The notes under the pieces were generated by a model. The model had not been told where the DNA came from. It ran no database searches and saw only the letters and a program-made list of their open reading frames with translations. A stretch of 64,000 nt of DNA from Octopus sinensis. Taxonomy: Eukaryota. Shown here piece by piece: positions 12,303 to 26,410 of the stretch (positions are counted from its first letter, which is position 1; every line of letters begins with the position of its first letter). The DNA is taken from assembly GCF_006345805.1 (NCBI RefSeq), contig NC_043010.1:10540001-10604000 (forward strand), in the 5' to 3' direction. Both the position numbers and the translations under genes were made by a program.

Positions 12303-12716
12303 AATAAAAGAGGCAGGCAACAGGTTGCTTAGCCACTACCGAAAAAATTAGAAATAGCAGTCAAAATTGTTTATTTCTATTTTCTACAATGAGACTCCAC
12401 ATGGCGAAATCTACCAGTAAATAATTGTTGGTTTTTTTTTAAAAACCATTAAAGATATTATTTACTCTTATTATATTATATATATATATATATATATATT
12501 AATGCATATATATATTATAATGCATATATATATATATATATATATATATAATGCATATATATATATAATGCATATTATATATATATATATATATATAATG
12601 CATATATATATATATATATATAATGCATATATTATATATATATATATATAATGCATATATATATATATATATAATATATATATAATGCATATATATATAT
12701 ATATATAATATATATG
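12215..12716. repeat. Two TA-rich tracts; the second is punctuated by TAATGCAT units
   Basis: Direct reading, about 12215-12305 and 12470-12716. Confidence 0.9.
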
Positions 12717-14452
12717 TGAATCTGAAACCATGTGGAAGCAAGCTTCTTACCACATGCAGTCACGCCTGTGTCTCCACACACCCTCTTGCATTCACATGTT
12801 ATGACTATATTAAAAAAAAAAACACATTACCAACCTTGCTGCACATTGTGATTGAAACCAAAACCATGAGGATGCGAAGAGAACTTTAGAACCTCACTGT
12901 TACTCACTCTTTATTATTCATTAAAAATGGAAGACCACAATGTATGAAATCATTATAGATTTTATTGTTTTTGACTCGTTTCATTTCAAATATCTCACTT
13001 TCTTTTCTATTGAAAGTTAGTAGCAGCATTTGACAAATTCAATGTAACAGTCTTCAATACTTATCTACAGAACTTGGCTAGTAAATTGATACATTGTTTA
13101 GATATCTGTTTCCCTTATTCTGTCCAACTAATAACTTTCCTCAATATATTTTATTTAAACAACAGCTTCAGACCAAACCAAACCAAACCAAACCAAACCA
13201 AACCATACTAAACTTGGAAATGGATGGAAAATTTTTAAAAAGAACTTCGATGAAAGTAATCAGAACTTGTTAGTGTAGATACTTTTCATTGTTCGGTTTA
13301 TGGTTTCTAGAAGATATAAATATAAAGATGCAGAATAATTGAGAATTGGAAATGGTAAAAGTAGGTAAAATGGATTAACAAGAATATAAAATCTGATGTT
13401 GTGATCGTGATTAAAATGATAAGGTTAGTTATGGCTATAGATGTATTGAGTTGTATGAGAAAATAGATTCTTTCTATGAAATATTATGAAATATTACTCA
13501 ATTTTAATAGAGGTGGTCATAGAAACTGAAGCTTTATAGATTTGGAAGAAAACAATACAAGCTTTAAACTTCATGATTGATATACAAGAAACGACAAGAA
13601 TAAAGTCATTAAAAAATGTCAGTGTAGTCGTAGCTTCAAGGCAGAATAGATTTAATACCTTTTCCATTTTAGATTTTACTTGTTTCAGTCTTTGGACTGC
13701 AGCAATACTGGAACCCCACTTTGAAGAGTTTTAGTCAAATTAACCCCCCAGTACCTTAGACTCTTTTATTTATTATGTTTTTTTCTTAAAAAAAAAAAAT
13801 TCTGGTGCTTGTTTTGTTGCTCTCTTTGCTGAACTGCTAATTTAATAGGGACATAAACAAACCAACACCAGTGGTGGCTTCAGCGTTGGGAAATGACAGA
13901 CAGATGGACACACACGCACACACACACTCACACACACTCACACAGACAGACACACACACAGACACACACACAAGCTTCCACATAGTTTTTATCTACCAAA
14001 TTCACTCACATAGCATTGATCAGTCTAGAGCTATAGAAGAAGACACCTCTCAAGATACTGTGCAGTGGGACTGAACCCAAACTGCAGTGGTTGCAAAGCA
14101 AGCTTCTTAACACCATAGCTATGCTTGTGCCTGTAGTGCACAGAACTTTTCTTTTTACTTGTGAAGGGAGCAGCAGTGACCATAGTTTTTACAGGCCATT
14201 CAAGACAAGTAAAACCGATGCTATTAGTGTCCCCTCTTGAACTTTTGTAAGTCAGCACCTGTAGGAAATATATGAAGAGTGGGAGAATTCCTGAGGGTGA
14301 CATTACTAGATAGAAAGGCCTGCATGTTGTGATTATTGCAATGTCTAGGGTGTTGGGGAAATGGATCATGAGAGGGTGAGAAACAAGTGGGACAGGTTTG
14401 CGTCAATGAAAGGATCATAGACCCAGACAGTTCCAAGAAGCAGAGGGTATTT

Positions 14453-14683
14453 GGCGGCGAAGTGGCAGAGACGTTAGCACGCCGGGCGAAATGCTTACTA
14501 ATATTTCAACTGCTGTTACGTTGTGAGTTCAAATTCTGCCGAGGTCGACTTTGCCTTTCATCCTTTCGGGGTTGATAAATTAAGTACCACTTACACACTG
14601 GGGTCGATGTAATCGACTTAATACCTATGTCTGTTCTTGTTTGTCCCCTCTGTGTTTAGCCCCCTGTGGGTAGTAAAGAAATA
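14453..14683 (+). mobile_element. tRNA-derived SINE family D (GGCGGCGAGCTGGCAGAAACG head)
   Basis: B box GAGTTCAAATTC, central GAGGTCGACTTTGCCTTTCATCCTTTCGGGG, tail AAAGAAATA. Flanked by GGTATTTGG and GGTATTATGG. Confidence 0.85.
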
Positions 14684-15225
14684 GGTATTATGGTTGTAGT
14701 CAGTAAGAGAGAGAGAGAGAGAGAGAGAAAGTGAGTAGGAGAGAGAAAGAGACAGACATATAGTCAACAGACAAAGGACAGCTCAGCCATTAGCTGGCAA
14801 CTGGAGCATAACTGTGAAGAAATTTATACTAAAGTTAGATGGTTTTTGTGAAAGTAGTCTAAGACATTTGTGTGTGTGTGCACCAACAACACCTTCTCAT
14901 CTGTAAGATCTTTGTAGAAAATTAATAACTGTTAGGGATTCAAGTATTTTCCGTGGATTCCAGATTGTAAGATTTTGGTTTTGATAATTTGACTGGGATA
15001 AATATAAAAGTGATCACTAACATTATTTGGGATCTAACCTGGGTAGAATTGACTTCAATTTATTACTGATTCCTATTTCTTTGGGTTGTGATTTCTAATT
15101 CACAACCACTAAAAGTTGTTTCCTCTGGGATCTGCTAGCAGTTCCTGTAACTTGTAGATATTGTGCTTCAACCCCTTGCCTCCCAGAAGAAGCTGCAAGT
15201 TTATTGCTGGTTGAAACAGCATTAA

Positions 15226-15442
15226 CCCTTTAGTATTTAAACTGGCCATATCCAGCCAAAATAGCTAATCTGTTTTGTTCAAACTGACCAGATCCAGGCT
15301 CTCACACCTACCCTACAATGTTATTCTACATTAAGTAATTACACCATCAAGATCTTAAAGATATGAGATAATGCATGTTTAATTCAAATCAATGGGAATC
15401 AATAAACATTATGCTCGATAGAATAATCTGAACACTAAAGGG
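15226..15442. mobile_element. piggyBac-type MITE
   Basis: TTAA|CCCTTTAGT...ACTAAAGGG|TTAA; TTAA at 15222-15225 and 15443-15446. Confidence 0.85.
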
Positions 15443-15882
15443 TTAAGCAGAGATTCCAATATAGTTTCCCAACACTGCCCTCAACCTAGGATCCTACTGT
15501 GTATCTCTTGTTAAGACACGTACTGGACGATGTGATATGGTTATTTTTCTAATACTTACATGCTGCAGCCTTTGATAATTTTATTGATGCCATGCTGATG
15601 TTTTTATTAAAACCATTAAATAAGGAATGGTAGGAAGTTTACAAGGTCTCCATCACTACTAAGAAAAAAAATGGAAGTTACTCAAAGCCCAGAGTCCTAG
15701 CTCAAATGCTGGCCATAGAAAGGACACTGCTGGAGAGATACAAATGATATTTAAATAAGCAAAAGATTAAGTCTATTAATTAAGAACAAAAGCAATCCTT
15801 TTGATAGAATTCCACATAATTTCAATTCATCGAATGTTGCTCATAAGATTTTCATTGACCCAAAGTTCTGGTAGAAAATGCA

Positions 15883-16216
15883 TGGTTCAGTGATTAGAGC
15901 ATTGGGCTTACAATCATGAGGTAGTGAGTTCAATTACTGGATCAGGCTGTGTGTAGTGTTCTTGAGCAAGACACTTTATTTCACGTTGCTCCAGTTCACT
16001 CAGCTGTAGAAATGAGTTGCGATGTCCCTGGTGTCTAGCTGTATTGGCCTTTGCCTTTCCCTCGGATAACATCGGTGGCATGGAGAGCAGAGGCTGGTAA
16101 GCATGGGCAATTGCTTGTCTTTCATAAACAACCTTGTCCGGAGTTGTTCCTCAGAGGGTAACTTTCTAAGTGTGACCCCATGTTTGTTTATGACCAAAGG
16201 GGGGTCTTTACCCTTT
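15883..16216 (+). mobile_element. SINE family E, degraded
   Basis: Matches 9998-10968. Confidence 0.75.
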
Positions 16217-16350
16217 TACTGGTTGAGATCAAACTTGTAATCATATAGCTGTGATGCAAGTTTCTTAACCACACTGCCATATCTTTGACTATTTTATTAC
16301 CAAAAGATGACAAGTAGTAAATCTTCTGTAACTTATATTCTGTGCATTAA

Positions 16351-16571
16351 CCCTTTAGTGTTTGCATTATTCTGACAAAATTAATGCTTCTTCATCCACA
16401 TTGTTTTGAACTAATCATGTATTATCTTGTGGCTATGAGATTTTGATGAGGTAGCTGTTAATTTTTAAAACGATATTGTGGGGTTGGTGTGAGAGACCAG
16501 ATATGGCCTCTTTGAACATAAAACAGGCAGAATACTTTTGGCCAGATATGGCCAGTTTAAATGCTAATGGG
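16351..16571. mobile_element. piggyBac-type MITE (opposite orientation); a degraded copy follows at about 16634-16839
   Basis: TTAA|CCCTTTAG...CTAATGGG|TTAA. Confidence 0.8.
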
Positions 16572-16863
16572 TTAATAACATTAATTCATGTCTCTTCTTT
16601 CTTTTTTCTGACCCATTTTTATATGTCCATTAACTCTTTAGCATTTGAACTAACCATATTAGGCCTATGTTTAAATCAATCAGATCTGACCTCTCACACA
16701 TACCCTACAATGTCATTCTAAAAATAAATAATCACATCATCAAAATCTTGAAGCTGCAAGGTAAGCCATAATTAATTCAAAGTAATGGGAATAAAAAAAG
16801 CATTACATTTGGCAGAATAATGTGAATGCTATAAGCTTGAATCCAAGCCTGTCCTAGATTCTC

Positions 16864-17283
16864 CTTACTCTTTAATCTTTTACTTGTTTCAGTCATTTGA
16901 CTGCGGCCATGCTGGAGCACCACCTTTTAGTCAAGCAAATCAACCCCAGGACTTATTCTTTGTAAGCTTAGTACTTATTCTATCGGTCTCTTTTGCTGAA
17001 CCGCTACATTACAGCGACGCTAAGCTACAGGGACACAACAGCATTGGTTGACAAATGATGTTGGGGGGACAACACACAAACATATACACGCACATACATA
17101 CACATATATACATATATACGACGGGCTTCTTTCAGTTTCCATCTACCAAATCCACTCACAAGGCTTTGGTCGGCCCGAGGCTATAGTAGAAGACACTTGC
17201 CCAAGGTGCTATGCAATGGGACTGATCCCGGAACCATGTGGTTGGTTAGCAAGCTACTTACCACACAGCCACTCCTACGCCTG
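16864..17283 (-). mobile_element. SINE family B
   Basis: Matches family B on the minus strand. Confidence 0.85.
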
Positions 17284-17399
17284 TGGTATTTAACTGACTA
17301 AGAAGGCAAGATTTCCTTCTGAAAAGGACACAAGTCTATCACAATGTCAACTACCTAATAGATGTTGTTGGTAACCATTTTCAGCTGGGTAGATTGATG

Positions 17400-17560
17400 C
17401 CATGTGAAATGAATGCTTTCTTCAAAGACTCAATGAGTTGCATGGTCATAGAATTAAACCCCAAGACAGTAAGACCAACATCATGTTTCTTTACCAGCTG
17501 GTTCACAGAAGAGAAGGAAATGAATTTGATAAGGTGTTGACCTTCATGAATGCAAAATCT
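17400..17560 (+). pseudogene. Possible highly decayed RTE-type RT fragment
   Basis: QRLNELHGHRIKPQDSKTNIMF...EGNEFDKVLTF loosely resembles the GLxINxxKTKVM...LExVxxFxYLG region. Confidence 0.3.
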
Positions 17561-17600
17561 AACTTGCACTTTGCCAGAGAGCGAGGAAGAAAGAAAGAGA

Positions 17601-17641
<41 letters not shown>

Positions 17642-17964
17642 GGTCACAGTGATTCTGAACAAGTAAGATATAATCTAATTGTTTTATAGCATTTAGTCTG
17701 ACACAGTACTTAACTATTATGTTTATATCTCCAGCCCCCTCTCAGATTGTCAATGCATTATCCATTGTCATTACGAGATGCTACAATATATCAAGTCACC
17801 TCCTCTAAGAGGTATTCATATCATTAATACAATATAGCACGATATCAATAACAGATACCACAGAGACGAATTGGCAACAGACAAAAGATTTTCTGCAAAC
17901 CAATACTAAATATTATTTTACAACAACTACACCAATAACTAATAACATATCGACAACATAAGAT

Positions 17965-18079
17965 CTAATAAATATGTATGGAAAGATGCATCTGTCTATA
18001 TACATGTGTGTATGTGTGTGTGTTTGTCTCTGTGTATGTGTATGTATATGTATGCCTATGTCTGTGGATATGTATATAC

Positions 18080-18121
<42 letters not shown>

Positions 18122-18280
18122 TATATATACATAAATATGTATGTACATGTATGCATGTATATATATCTATCTACACACACATACATACATATATATATAT
18201 TTACATATATATATATACATACATATATATATACATATACATACATATATATATACATATACATATACATACATATATAC

Positions 18281-18325
<45 letters not shown>

Positions 18326-18326
18326 C

Positions 18327-18357
<31 letters not shown>

Positions 18358-18550
18358 CAATATACATACATATATATAATACATATACATACATATATAT
18401 ATACATATACATATACATACATATACATACATATATACATACATACATATATACATACATACATATATATATAATATATATATTATATATATATATATTA
18501 TATATATATATGTATATATATATATGTATATATATATATGTACATATATG
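17965..18550. repeat. (TA)n/(CATA)n compound microsatellite
   Basis: Direct reading. Confidence 0.95.
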
Positions 18551-19421
18551 TATTGCCTTGAGATATAACTAAAAAGAAAATTCAGTAATAGAAAAGCAAA
18601 AATCAATTAATTTTTAATTTAGTGGTTGAGAGGAAGAACAAGGAATGCATTGAATAAAGCAAGACCGGCTGTGGCTAGAGAAGTGGTGATGAAAGAGATA
18701 ATCATGTGTCTTCACACTGTAACAAAGTGTGGGAGAATAAGAAGGAAGAAACTTGAGTTGATAACTAATCAAAAGAAAGCAATGACAGCATTTAGAGCAG
18801 TGAAAAAAAAATTTAAGAATATAGATTTGTAAGTCTATTGATTTGAATAAGATGGAGTAACAGAAAGGAGAGAGACAGAGACAGACAGAGACACAGAGAA
18901 AGGGAGAGAGTAAGAATGGGGGAGAGAGAGAATTAAAAAAATTAAAGTTCTAATGGTGTCATTTCATTGAACAGTTGTCACCAGCTTTCATTACCATTTG
19001 CACACTCTTCATGCACGCAAATGTGAAAATATTCATGAAAAATATTTATGAAATTAATTTTATTGATATTACTCAGCCTTTTGTTTTTAGTACCTGAGAA
19101 AAGAAATAAAAAAGTAATTTTAAACCGTAGCTTAACGTTCAAAGCACATTGGCTGTGTGGTTACATGACAGACGAAGTTGTAAAAAATTGGAGAAACTAA
19201 ATTGTAGAAAAGACAAAAATAAAAAAAAAAGAAGAACGGGAGCCTGAGAAAACTTATGGTGACTTGTTATAAGAAAAACTATGCAGTGAAGTTCGTGAGT
19301 TTCAAAAAAATTTTATCCAATTTTTTTCAAAATTGACTCTTTATCTCAGAGATGAAGGCTCAACTCTGAAATATTAAATTCCTCTTTTCTAGGCATATGA
19401 ACCTAGAATTTCGTTGATTAA

Positions 19422-19641
19422 CTCTTTAACATTCAGATTATTCTGTCAGATGTCATGCTTATTTATTCCCATTGTTTTGAATTATACTTGAATTATTTCA
19501 TAGCTTTCGGATTTTGATGGCGTGATTATTTATTTTTAGAATGACTTTGTAAGGTAGGTGTGAGAGACAAGATCTGGTCAGTTTGAGCATAAAATATATA
19601 GAATATATGGGCCTGATATGGTCGGTTTAAATACTAAAGGG
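19422..19641. mobile_element. piggyBac-type MITE
   Basis: TTAA at 19418-19421 and 19642-19645; right TIR CTAAAGGG intact; body matches 16351-16571. Confidence 0.75.
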
Positions 19642-21692
19642 TTAAGTCATCACAAGTTCAAATTTTTCCACAGCCATTTGGTTGTGTCTTTAAGAAATTA
19701 GATGAAAGTTATGCTTGTTGTATTTTTCCTGATTGACAATATGTTCCACTTTTATTTAGTGTTACGGTGATAGCAATAGGAAAAACATTTAGCCATAAAA
19801 ACATTGCTTTAATAAAAACAATATTAGCATATTAATATATAAAAATAGAAGTGGAACAGTAGAGAATAACTCTTTCATGTGATTATTTTTATGTGCAAGA
19901 AAGCATTCTTTTATAATGAGATACAGAAGATGTAAGAATATATTTCTGTAAAGGCCAGTACTCAAAATAATATCAAAATCTCTTGCACTTAGTTTTAGTG
20001 TAGAGTTGATAGATAAAAGCAAGCTATTTGAATACACAGCAAAATACATGAAGAGAATTTGAAACAATAACATATGAGGTAGCTGTCCAATAACTTGACT
20101 AAAATTAAAACTTGAACTAAAATTAAAAATTTTTTCGTGAAAATTATTGGAATTAAGTGAAGTGAAATGGCTTGTATCAAAAATCAAAAATAGGTTGCTG
20201 ACTTGGCTTCACTGGATTTCCTTAACAATTATATATTTCTAGTGAGAAATATTGCGAATAATTTTATGATAATGCAATCTTTATCATGGGTATTATCAAA
20301 GAAGAATTTTAGTTCAACATAAACTCCGAACAAAGAGTAACATTTGATCTCTCATGTGTAAGTATAATAGGAAAATATATTTTAGGTAATATTGAACTGA
20401 GGCTATTAGTTCAAACAGGAGATGTAAGCCTAATGTCAACTCTTGAAAAGTAATTAAACAAAGATGGCAATTAAAGAAATCAATCAATACATCATAGACA
20501 TTTGGAGAACAAAATATCTTTCATAACTTATATCTAATCGAAATCATAGGTTTATAAGTTTTCTATAAAATTAATGACTAATTATTCTATTCAGTAGCTC
20601 TGTGTTAGGGTTATTTCTATATTATATACAATATGCAGAGGTGAAATGATAACAGACAGCCTCAGCTACAAATCTAATGAGTCATAGATTTCTAGTCTTT
20701 GCAGGAATTTTATTGTGTCTCTGGGCAAAGTATTTCAACATACATTCCATAGTTTCTTTTAGTTTTGCGGAATGGTTCATTATTCTTTTGGAAATGTTAC
20801 TATGATAACAGCGTTCTATCTAGGGAGAAATTAATCTCAATGTTCCTGATTTTGGAGCTGAAGTAAAATCATTCTGAAGTGATGTGGTTTATAATACTTT
20901 TGTGCATGAAATACAAAAGATAAATTAAAATGAAACTATCTTATTTAATTTTTCTTAATTCATTATAATAAGATAAAAATAGGTAAATGTTTCTAATTTA
21001 TTTTCATTTTAATCAATAGTTGTAAAAGTACATTCTCAATAAAATTGGTAAATAATATATTTGAAATAAAACAGTAATGAGATTTAGAATTGGTAAAATT
21101 CTGAAATAAATAGTGTAAGGAATTTAGTTTTATTTTTCTTTTGTTTTTTTTTTGCTGTGATATAATAAATGATACGTGATGCAAAGTATTCCTAATGGTT
21201 TGGAATTCACCTCTTAGTTGAAGAAAAAAAATAAAAGCATTGTGGCATTGGTCAGAGACTCTCAAATAAATAGATAATAAATGAGAAAATTTCAAAATTT
21301 TTTGTATTTGTTTATTTATTCATTTCTTTTTCTTTTTATTTATCGTTTTACTTGTTTCAGTCATTTAACTGTAGCCATGTTGGGGCACCACTTCCAAGAG
21401 ATTTAGTTAAATGAATCGAACCTGGAACTTATTTTTTTAAGCCTAGTACTTACTCTTTCTGTCTCTTTTGCCAAATGGCTAAGATACATAAATGTAATGC
21501 TTTATTTATTCCCATTACTTTGAATTAATTATGACTTACATGGCAGCTTCAAGATTTTGATGATGTGATTAGAATGACATTGTAGGGTATGTGTGAGAGG
21601 TAAGATCTAACTGATTTAAACATAAAGATACGGTTGTCAAGCAAAGTGGGGGACAAACAAAGGCACAATGACCACACACACATAGATATATG

Positions 21693-21726
<34 letters not shown>

Positions 21727-21828
21727 GAAATAAGGATAAAATCTTTATAAGAAATTATCAGTAGTTAGCGTCAAAAACCTCGTAAGAGAAAAAATCTGTA
21801 AATTTTTTCAACTTTGAAAATACTTATT

Positions 21829-21933
21829 TATATTATATAGAGGGTACTATTATTCATAGATACTGCACGCTAGCAGCGGTAGTCCCTCCTAGCCTGCGGT
21901 ATCTATGAATAATAGTACCCTCTATATAATATA
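21829..21933. repeat. 39-bp inverted repeat hairpin at the end of a dispersed repeat
   Basis: TATATTATATAGAGGGTACTATTATTCATAGATACTGCA and its reverse complement, 1 mismatch. The left arm and upstream sequence recur at 62565-62665. Confidence 0.85.
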
Positions 21934-22113
21934 TATATATATGCGATGGGCTTCTTTTAGTTTCCATCTACCAAATACACTTACAATGCTTTGGTCTGCC
22001 CAAGGCTATAGTGGAATACAAAAAGCCCAAGGTGCCACGCAGTGGGACTGAACCCAGGATCATGTGGTTGGGAAGCAAGCTTCTAACCACACAGCCAGGC
22101 TTGCACAAACATG

Positions 22114-22164
22114 TATTTATTCATTTATTTATTTATTCATTTATTTATTTATTTATTTATTCAT

Positions 22165-22219
<55 letters not shown>
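22114..22219. repeat. (TTTA)n microsatellite
   Basis: Direct reading. Confidence 0.95.
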
Positions 22220-22309
22220 CTGATTTCCCATTCTGGATTGCAGCAACACTGGGACACCACTTTCAAGGCTATAGTTGATTAGTAAGCAATTTCTTAATTT
22301 CTATTGATT

Positions 22310-22530
22310 CTTTATCTGCCGATGGAACAGCCAATTCCCCTGATGCTAAAAGGTTCTGTCTTCTTTCTCACAACAAACACTTTTGTTTTTGATTAGTTTA
22401 CTTTCACTTTCAGGTTTTGCTTCCAGGTTTGGAATTTCTGTTTCAATTCTTCCACAGATTCTGCTTTAAGGGCTAAGTTGTCAGCATACAGGAGTTCCCA
22501 AGGAACAGCTAGTCTTAAATTCCTCTATAA
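22310..22530 (-). pseudogene. RTE-clade LINE reverse transcriptase fragment
   Basis: Minus frame PWELLYADNLALKAESVEELKQKFQTWKQNL matches the RTE PWELLYADDL motif. Confidence 0.8.
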
Positions 22531-23452
22531 TTTCCAGATAATTTATGCATCTCTGATGGTCCAGCTGCTTTTTTATTTTCAAATCTTTTTATCATTTTAG
22601 CAACCATATTGCAGTAAGCTTGGAAGGCTGGTTCCACTGTTGAATTTATTTGTGTTAGACTTTCTCATTCCTATACATTCTCCACATTTAGCAACCTCTC
22701 ACAGAAGCACTTCCATGCTACTTAAAAGCACCCAGTTCACACTGTAAAGTGGTTGGTGTTTGGAAGGGCATCCAGTTACAAAATCCTTGCAAAACCTGAC
22801 CTTGCCTATGCTTGTGCCACATAAAAAGCACTACTTAAATCTATCAAGCTTGTCTGCTCACCTGATAGGCTAAGGATCAATTGGCAGGTGGATTTCCTGA
22901 AATTGATGTAGTAGATCATTTGCAGTACAGAATTCCGAGACATTTTAAAGGCCCCACTTATTTCTTGAACCAAACCCTGAATTTCCAAAAACAAGAAATG
23001 GAAATAATAATCCTTTCAGGTATAGGCACAAGACCTGAAATTTTGGTGGAGGAGGATAGTCGATTATGTCGACCCCAGTGTTTCACTGGTACTTAGTTTG
23101 TCAACCCCGAATGGATGACATGTAAAATCAACTTCGGTGGAATTTGAACTCAGGATGTAAAGATATGAAATACTGCTAAGCCTTTCACTCAGCATGCTAA
23201 CAATTCTGCCAGCTCACCACCTTAACAATAACAATAATATTAATAATAGTAATAGTAAGGCTAAAGTTTCATCATCATCATCATCAGTACAACTACCACT
23301 ATCATCACCACCACCACTATCATCACTACCATCATCATCATCCTCATCATCATTCTAACATCTAGCTTTCCAAGCTTACATGACTCGGGTGAAAGTGGTT
23401 GAGATTGATGTTTTTCATAGGCAGATACTCTTGCTTGGAGATAAATAAGATA

Positions 23453-23657
23453 CTCTTACTCTCTTTTACTCTTTTACTTGTTTCAGTCATTTGACTGCGG
23501 CCATGCTGGAGCACCGCCTTTAATCGAGCAACTCGACTCCGGGACTTATTCTTTTTGTAAGCCCAGTACTTATTCTATCAGTCTCTTTTGCCGAACTGCT
23601 AAGTGACGGGGACATAAACACACCAGCATCGGTTGTCAAGCAATGCTAGGGGGACAA

Positions 23658-23692
<35 letters not shown>

Positions 23693-23863
23693 CATATATA
23701 CAACGGGCTTCTTTCAGTTTCCGTCTACCAAATCCACTCACAAGGCTTTGGTCGGCCCGAGGCTATAGTAGAAGACACTTGCCCAAGGTGCCACGCAGTG
23801 GGACTGAACCCAGAACCATGTGGTTGGTAAACAAGCTACTTACCACACAGCCACTCCTGCGCC
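23453..23863 (-). mobile_element. SINE family B, full length
   Basis: Matches family B; a degraded family D copy lies at about 23050-23222 (-). Confidence 0.88.
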
Positions 23864-24583
23864 CATACAATGGTTTCTTTCTCTTTTTTTTCTGTTTTTT
23901 TTTTGTTTTTTTGAATTTACAAAACAAAAATGGTTGCACAATTCTGATAACTGGGAAGCTAAAATAATTCTTAAAAATTTATTTCTTTAAAGAGCCAAGA
24001 TATAGAATGTCTCAATTTCAAATAATATAAGCCTATGTCTTAATATTTTTCTACATCGATTTTTATCTTTTCCTCTTGTTTACCGGGTAAAACATTCTAC
24101 ATGTAAAAGATTTCCTTCTCTTATTTCATAAACACTTCAGAGAATGATTTGAAAGAAAACACTGTACTATTTACATGCTGGAATCGGAATATTTCCAACA
24201 GTCTATAAAACTGACAAAAATCCTAACAAATATCTGCAAGCAATTTCAGATTTTGATGTTTGCTTTTCAATAAAATTCTGAGAAATTTAATACATAAACA
24301 TTTATAGAATAATTGATAATGTATTTTTCTTTATTTCATCTGAGAGATAAATATTATTTATCAAAGTACTTGACAACTAGTATGTTGTGGCTAGAGTGCA
24401 CAAATGCTTAAAAGAATCATGTAGTTAATTGAATATACAGAAAAGATCATGGTTATTGTTGTTGGTAGAGTTGTCATCATCATCATCATCATCATGATTG
24501 TCATCATCACTGTTATTATTATTATTGTTATTATTATTATTATTATAATTATTATTGCAGTTGTTATTATTTTTGTGTTATTA

Positions 24584-24615
<32 letters not shown>

Positions 24616-25169
24616 GAGTGAGAGAGCAGTTCATGCCATCAAAGTGACACTGGGGTAAAATATACGAAGCCCAATATACCCATCATGACTACCCGTCTGA
24701 TAAGGGTACACCAGGCACATGCATCACAACCATATGTGCGCGATATGGTGATCTCATATCAAGATAAACAGCACATGACCTTGCAGGTGGGGCCCAGTTA
24801 GAATTTTCTTCAGATTGAGTAGCCCATCCCGCTCAAACAGTCCCTGAATAAGGGTTGTTTAAGGATGTTGAAAGAACCACCCATGTTTCCAGAGGTGAAC
24901 TATTCAAACCCCAAAGAATCCCTCTCAACACATGGCTATGATGCTCCCCCACTACTTCTGCTCGTGATCAGAGATGCACATATTGTCAGCCACGAAGGGA
25001 CATGCTCAACTGGTTAAGGTCAAACAACTGACAAGCAAATCTGTGGTATTGAGCAGAATATTTGCTGTAGCCCATCTTTTATACCAAGACAAAACAATGT
25101 ACATGATAACACTTCCAATCAGTTAAGATCAGAAGCCATGAGAGCCACTGCCTGGTACTGCATCAGGGC

Positions 25170-25171
<2 letters not shown>
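24616..25171 (-). mobile_element. 556-bp element embedded in (ATT)n, with a 104-bp partial copy at 25257-25360
   Basis: Non-coding, flanked on both sides by (ATT)n. 24616-24719 is duplicated at 25257-25360. Strand is inferred. Confidence 0.7.
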
Positions 25172-25211
<40 letters not shown>

Positions 25212-25630
25212 CATTATTATTGTAGTTGTTATTATTTTTGTGTTATTATTATTATTGAGTGAGCGAGCAGAGCATGCCATCAAAGTGACACTGGGGTAAA
25301 ATATACGAAGCCCAGTATACCCATCATGACTACCTGTCTGATAAGGGTACACCAGGCACATATTATTATTATTATTATTATTATTATCATTATTGTTATT
25401 ATCATTATTATTAAAGCAGCGAATTGGCAGAATCGTTAGCATGCTGGGCCAAAATGCTTCGCGACATTTTGCCCGTCTTCACATTCTGGGTTCAAATTCG
25501 GCTGAGATCAATTTTGCCTTTCATCCTTTCAGGGTTGATATATTAAGTACCAGTGAAAGAGTGGTGGGGTGTCAATGTAATCTACTAGTCCCATCCCCAC
25601 AAATTTCAGGTCACGTGCCTTCAGTAGAAA

Positions 25631-25675
25631 GGGTCATCATCATTATTATTATCCTTATTATTATCCTTATTATTA

Positions 25676-25729
<54 letters not shown>

Positions 25730-25918
25730 TACTACTACTACTATTATTATTATTATTATTATTACTATTATTATTATTACTATTATTATTATTATTATTA
25801 CTATTATTATTATTATTATTACTACTATTATTATTATTATGATTATCATTATTATTACTATTATTATTATTACTATTATTACTATTATTATCATTATTAT
25901 TACTATTATTATTATTAC

Positions 25919-25951
<33 letters not shown>

Positions 25952-25979
25952 CATTATTATTATTACTATTATTATCATG

Positions 25980-26017
<38 letters not shown>

Positions 26018-26137
26018 TATTATTATTATTATTACTACTATTATTATTATTATGATTATCATTATTATTACTATTATTATTATTACTATTATTATTATTA
26101 CTATTATTATCATTATTATTACTATTATTATTATTAC

Positions 26138-26173
<36 letters not shown>

Positions 26174-26285
26174 CATTATTATTATTACTATTATTATTAT
26201 CATGAATATTATTATTATTACTATTATTATTATTATTATTACTATTATTATTATTACTGTTATTATTATTACTATTATTATCATG

Positions 26286-26320
<35 letters not shown>

Positions 26321-26410
26321 CATTATGAAGACAGCGATGACGACGATGATGATGATCATCATCAGCATCATCATCATCATCATCATCGTTGTTTTTATTA
26401 TTTCTGCTAT
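25631..26410. repeat. About 780-bp (ATT)n/(ACT)/(ATC) trinucleotide tract
   Basis: Direct reading; source of the poly-N, poly-I and poly-L ORFs. Confidence 0.95.

Noticed and set aside
24616-25171. Possible HDV-like ribozyme at the 5' end of the (ATT)n element
   Set aside because: Could not build the P1/P2/P3 nested pseudoknot by eye.
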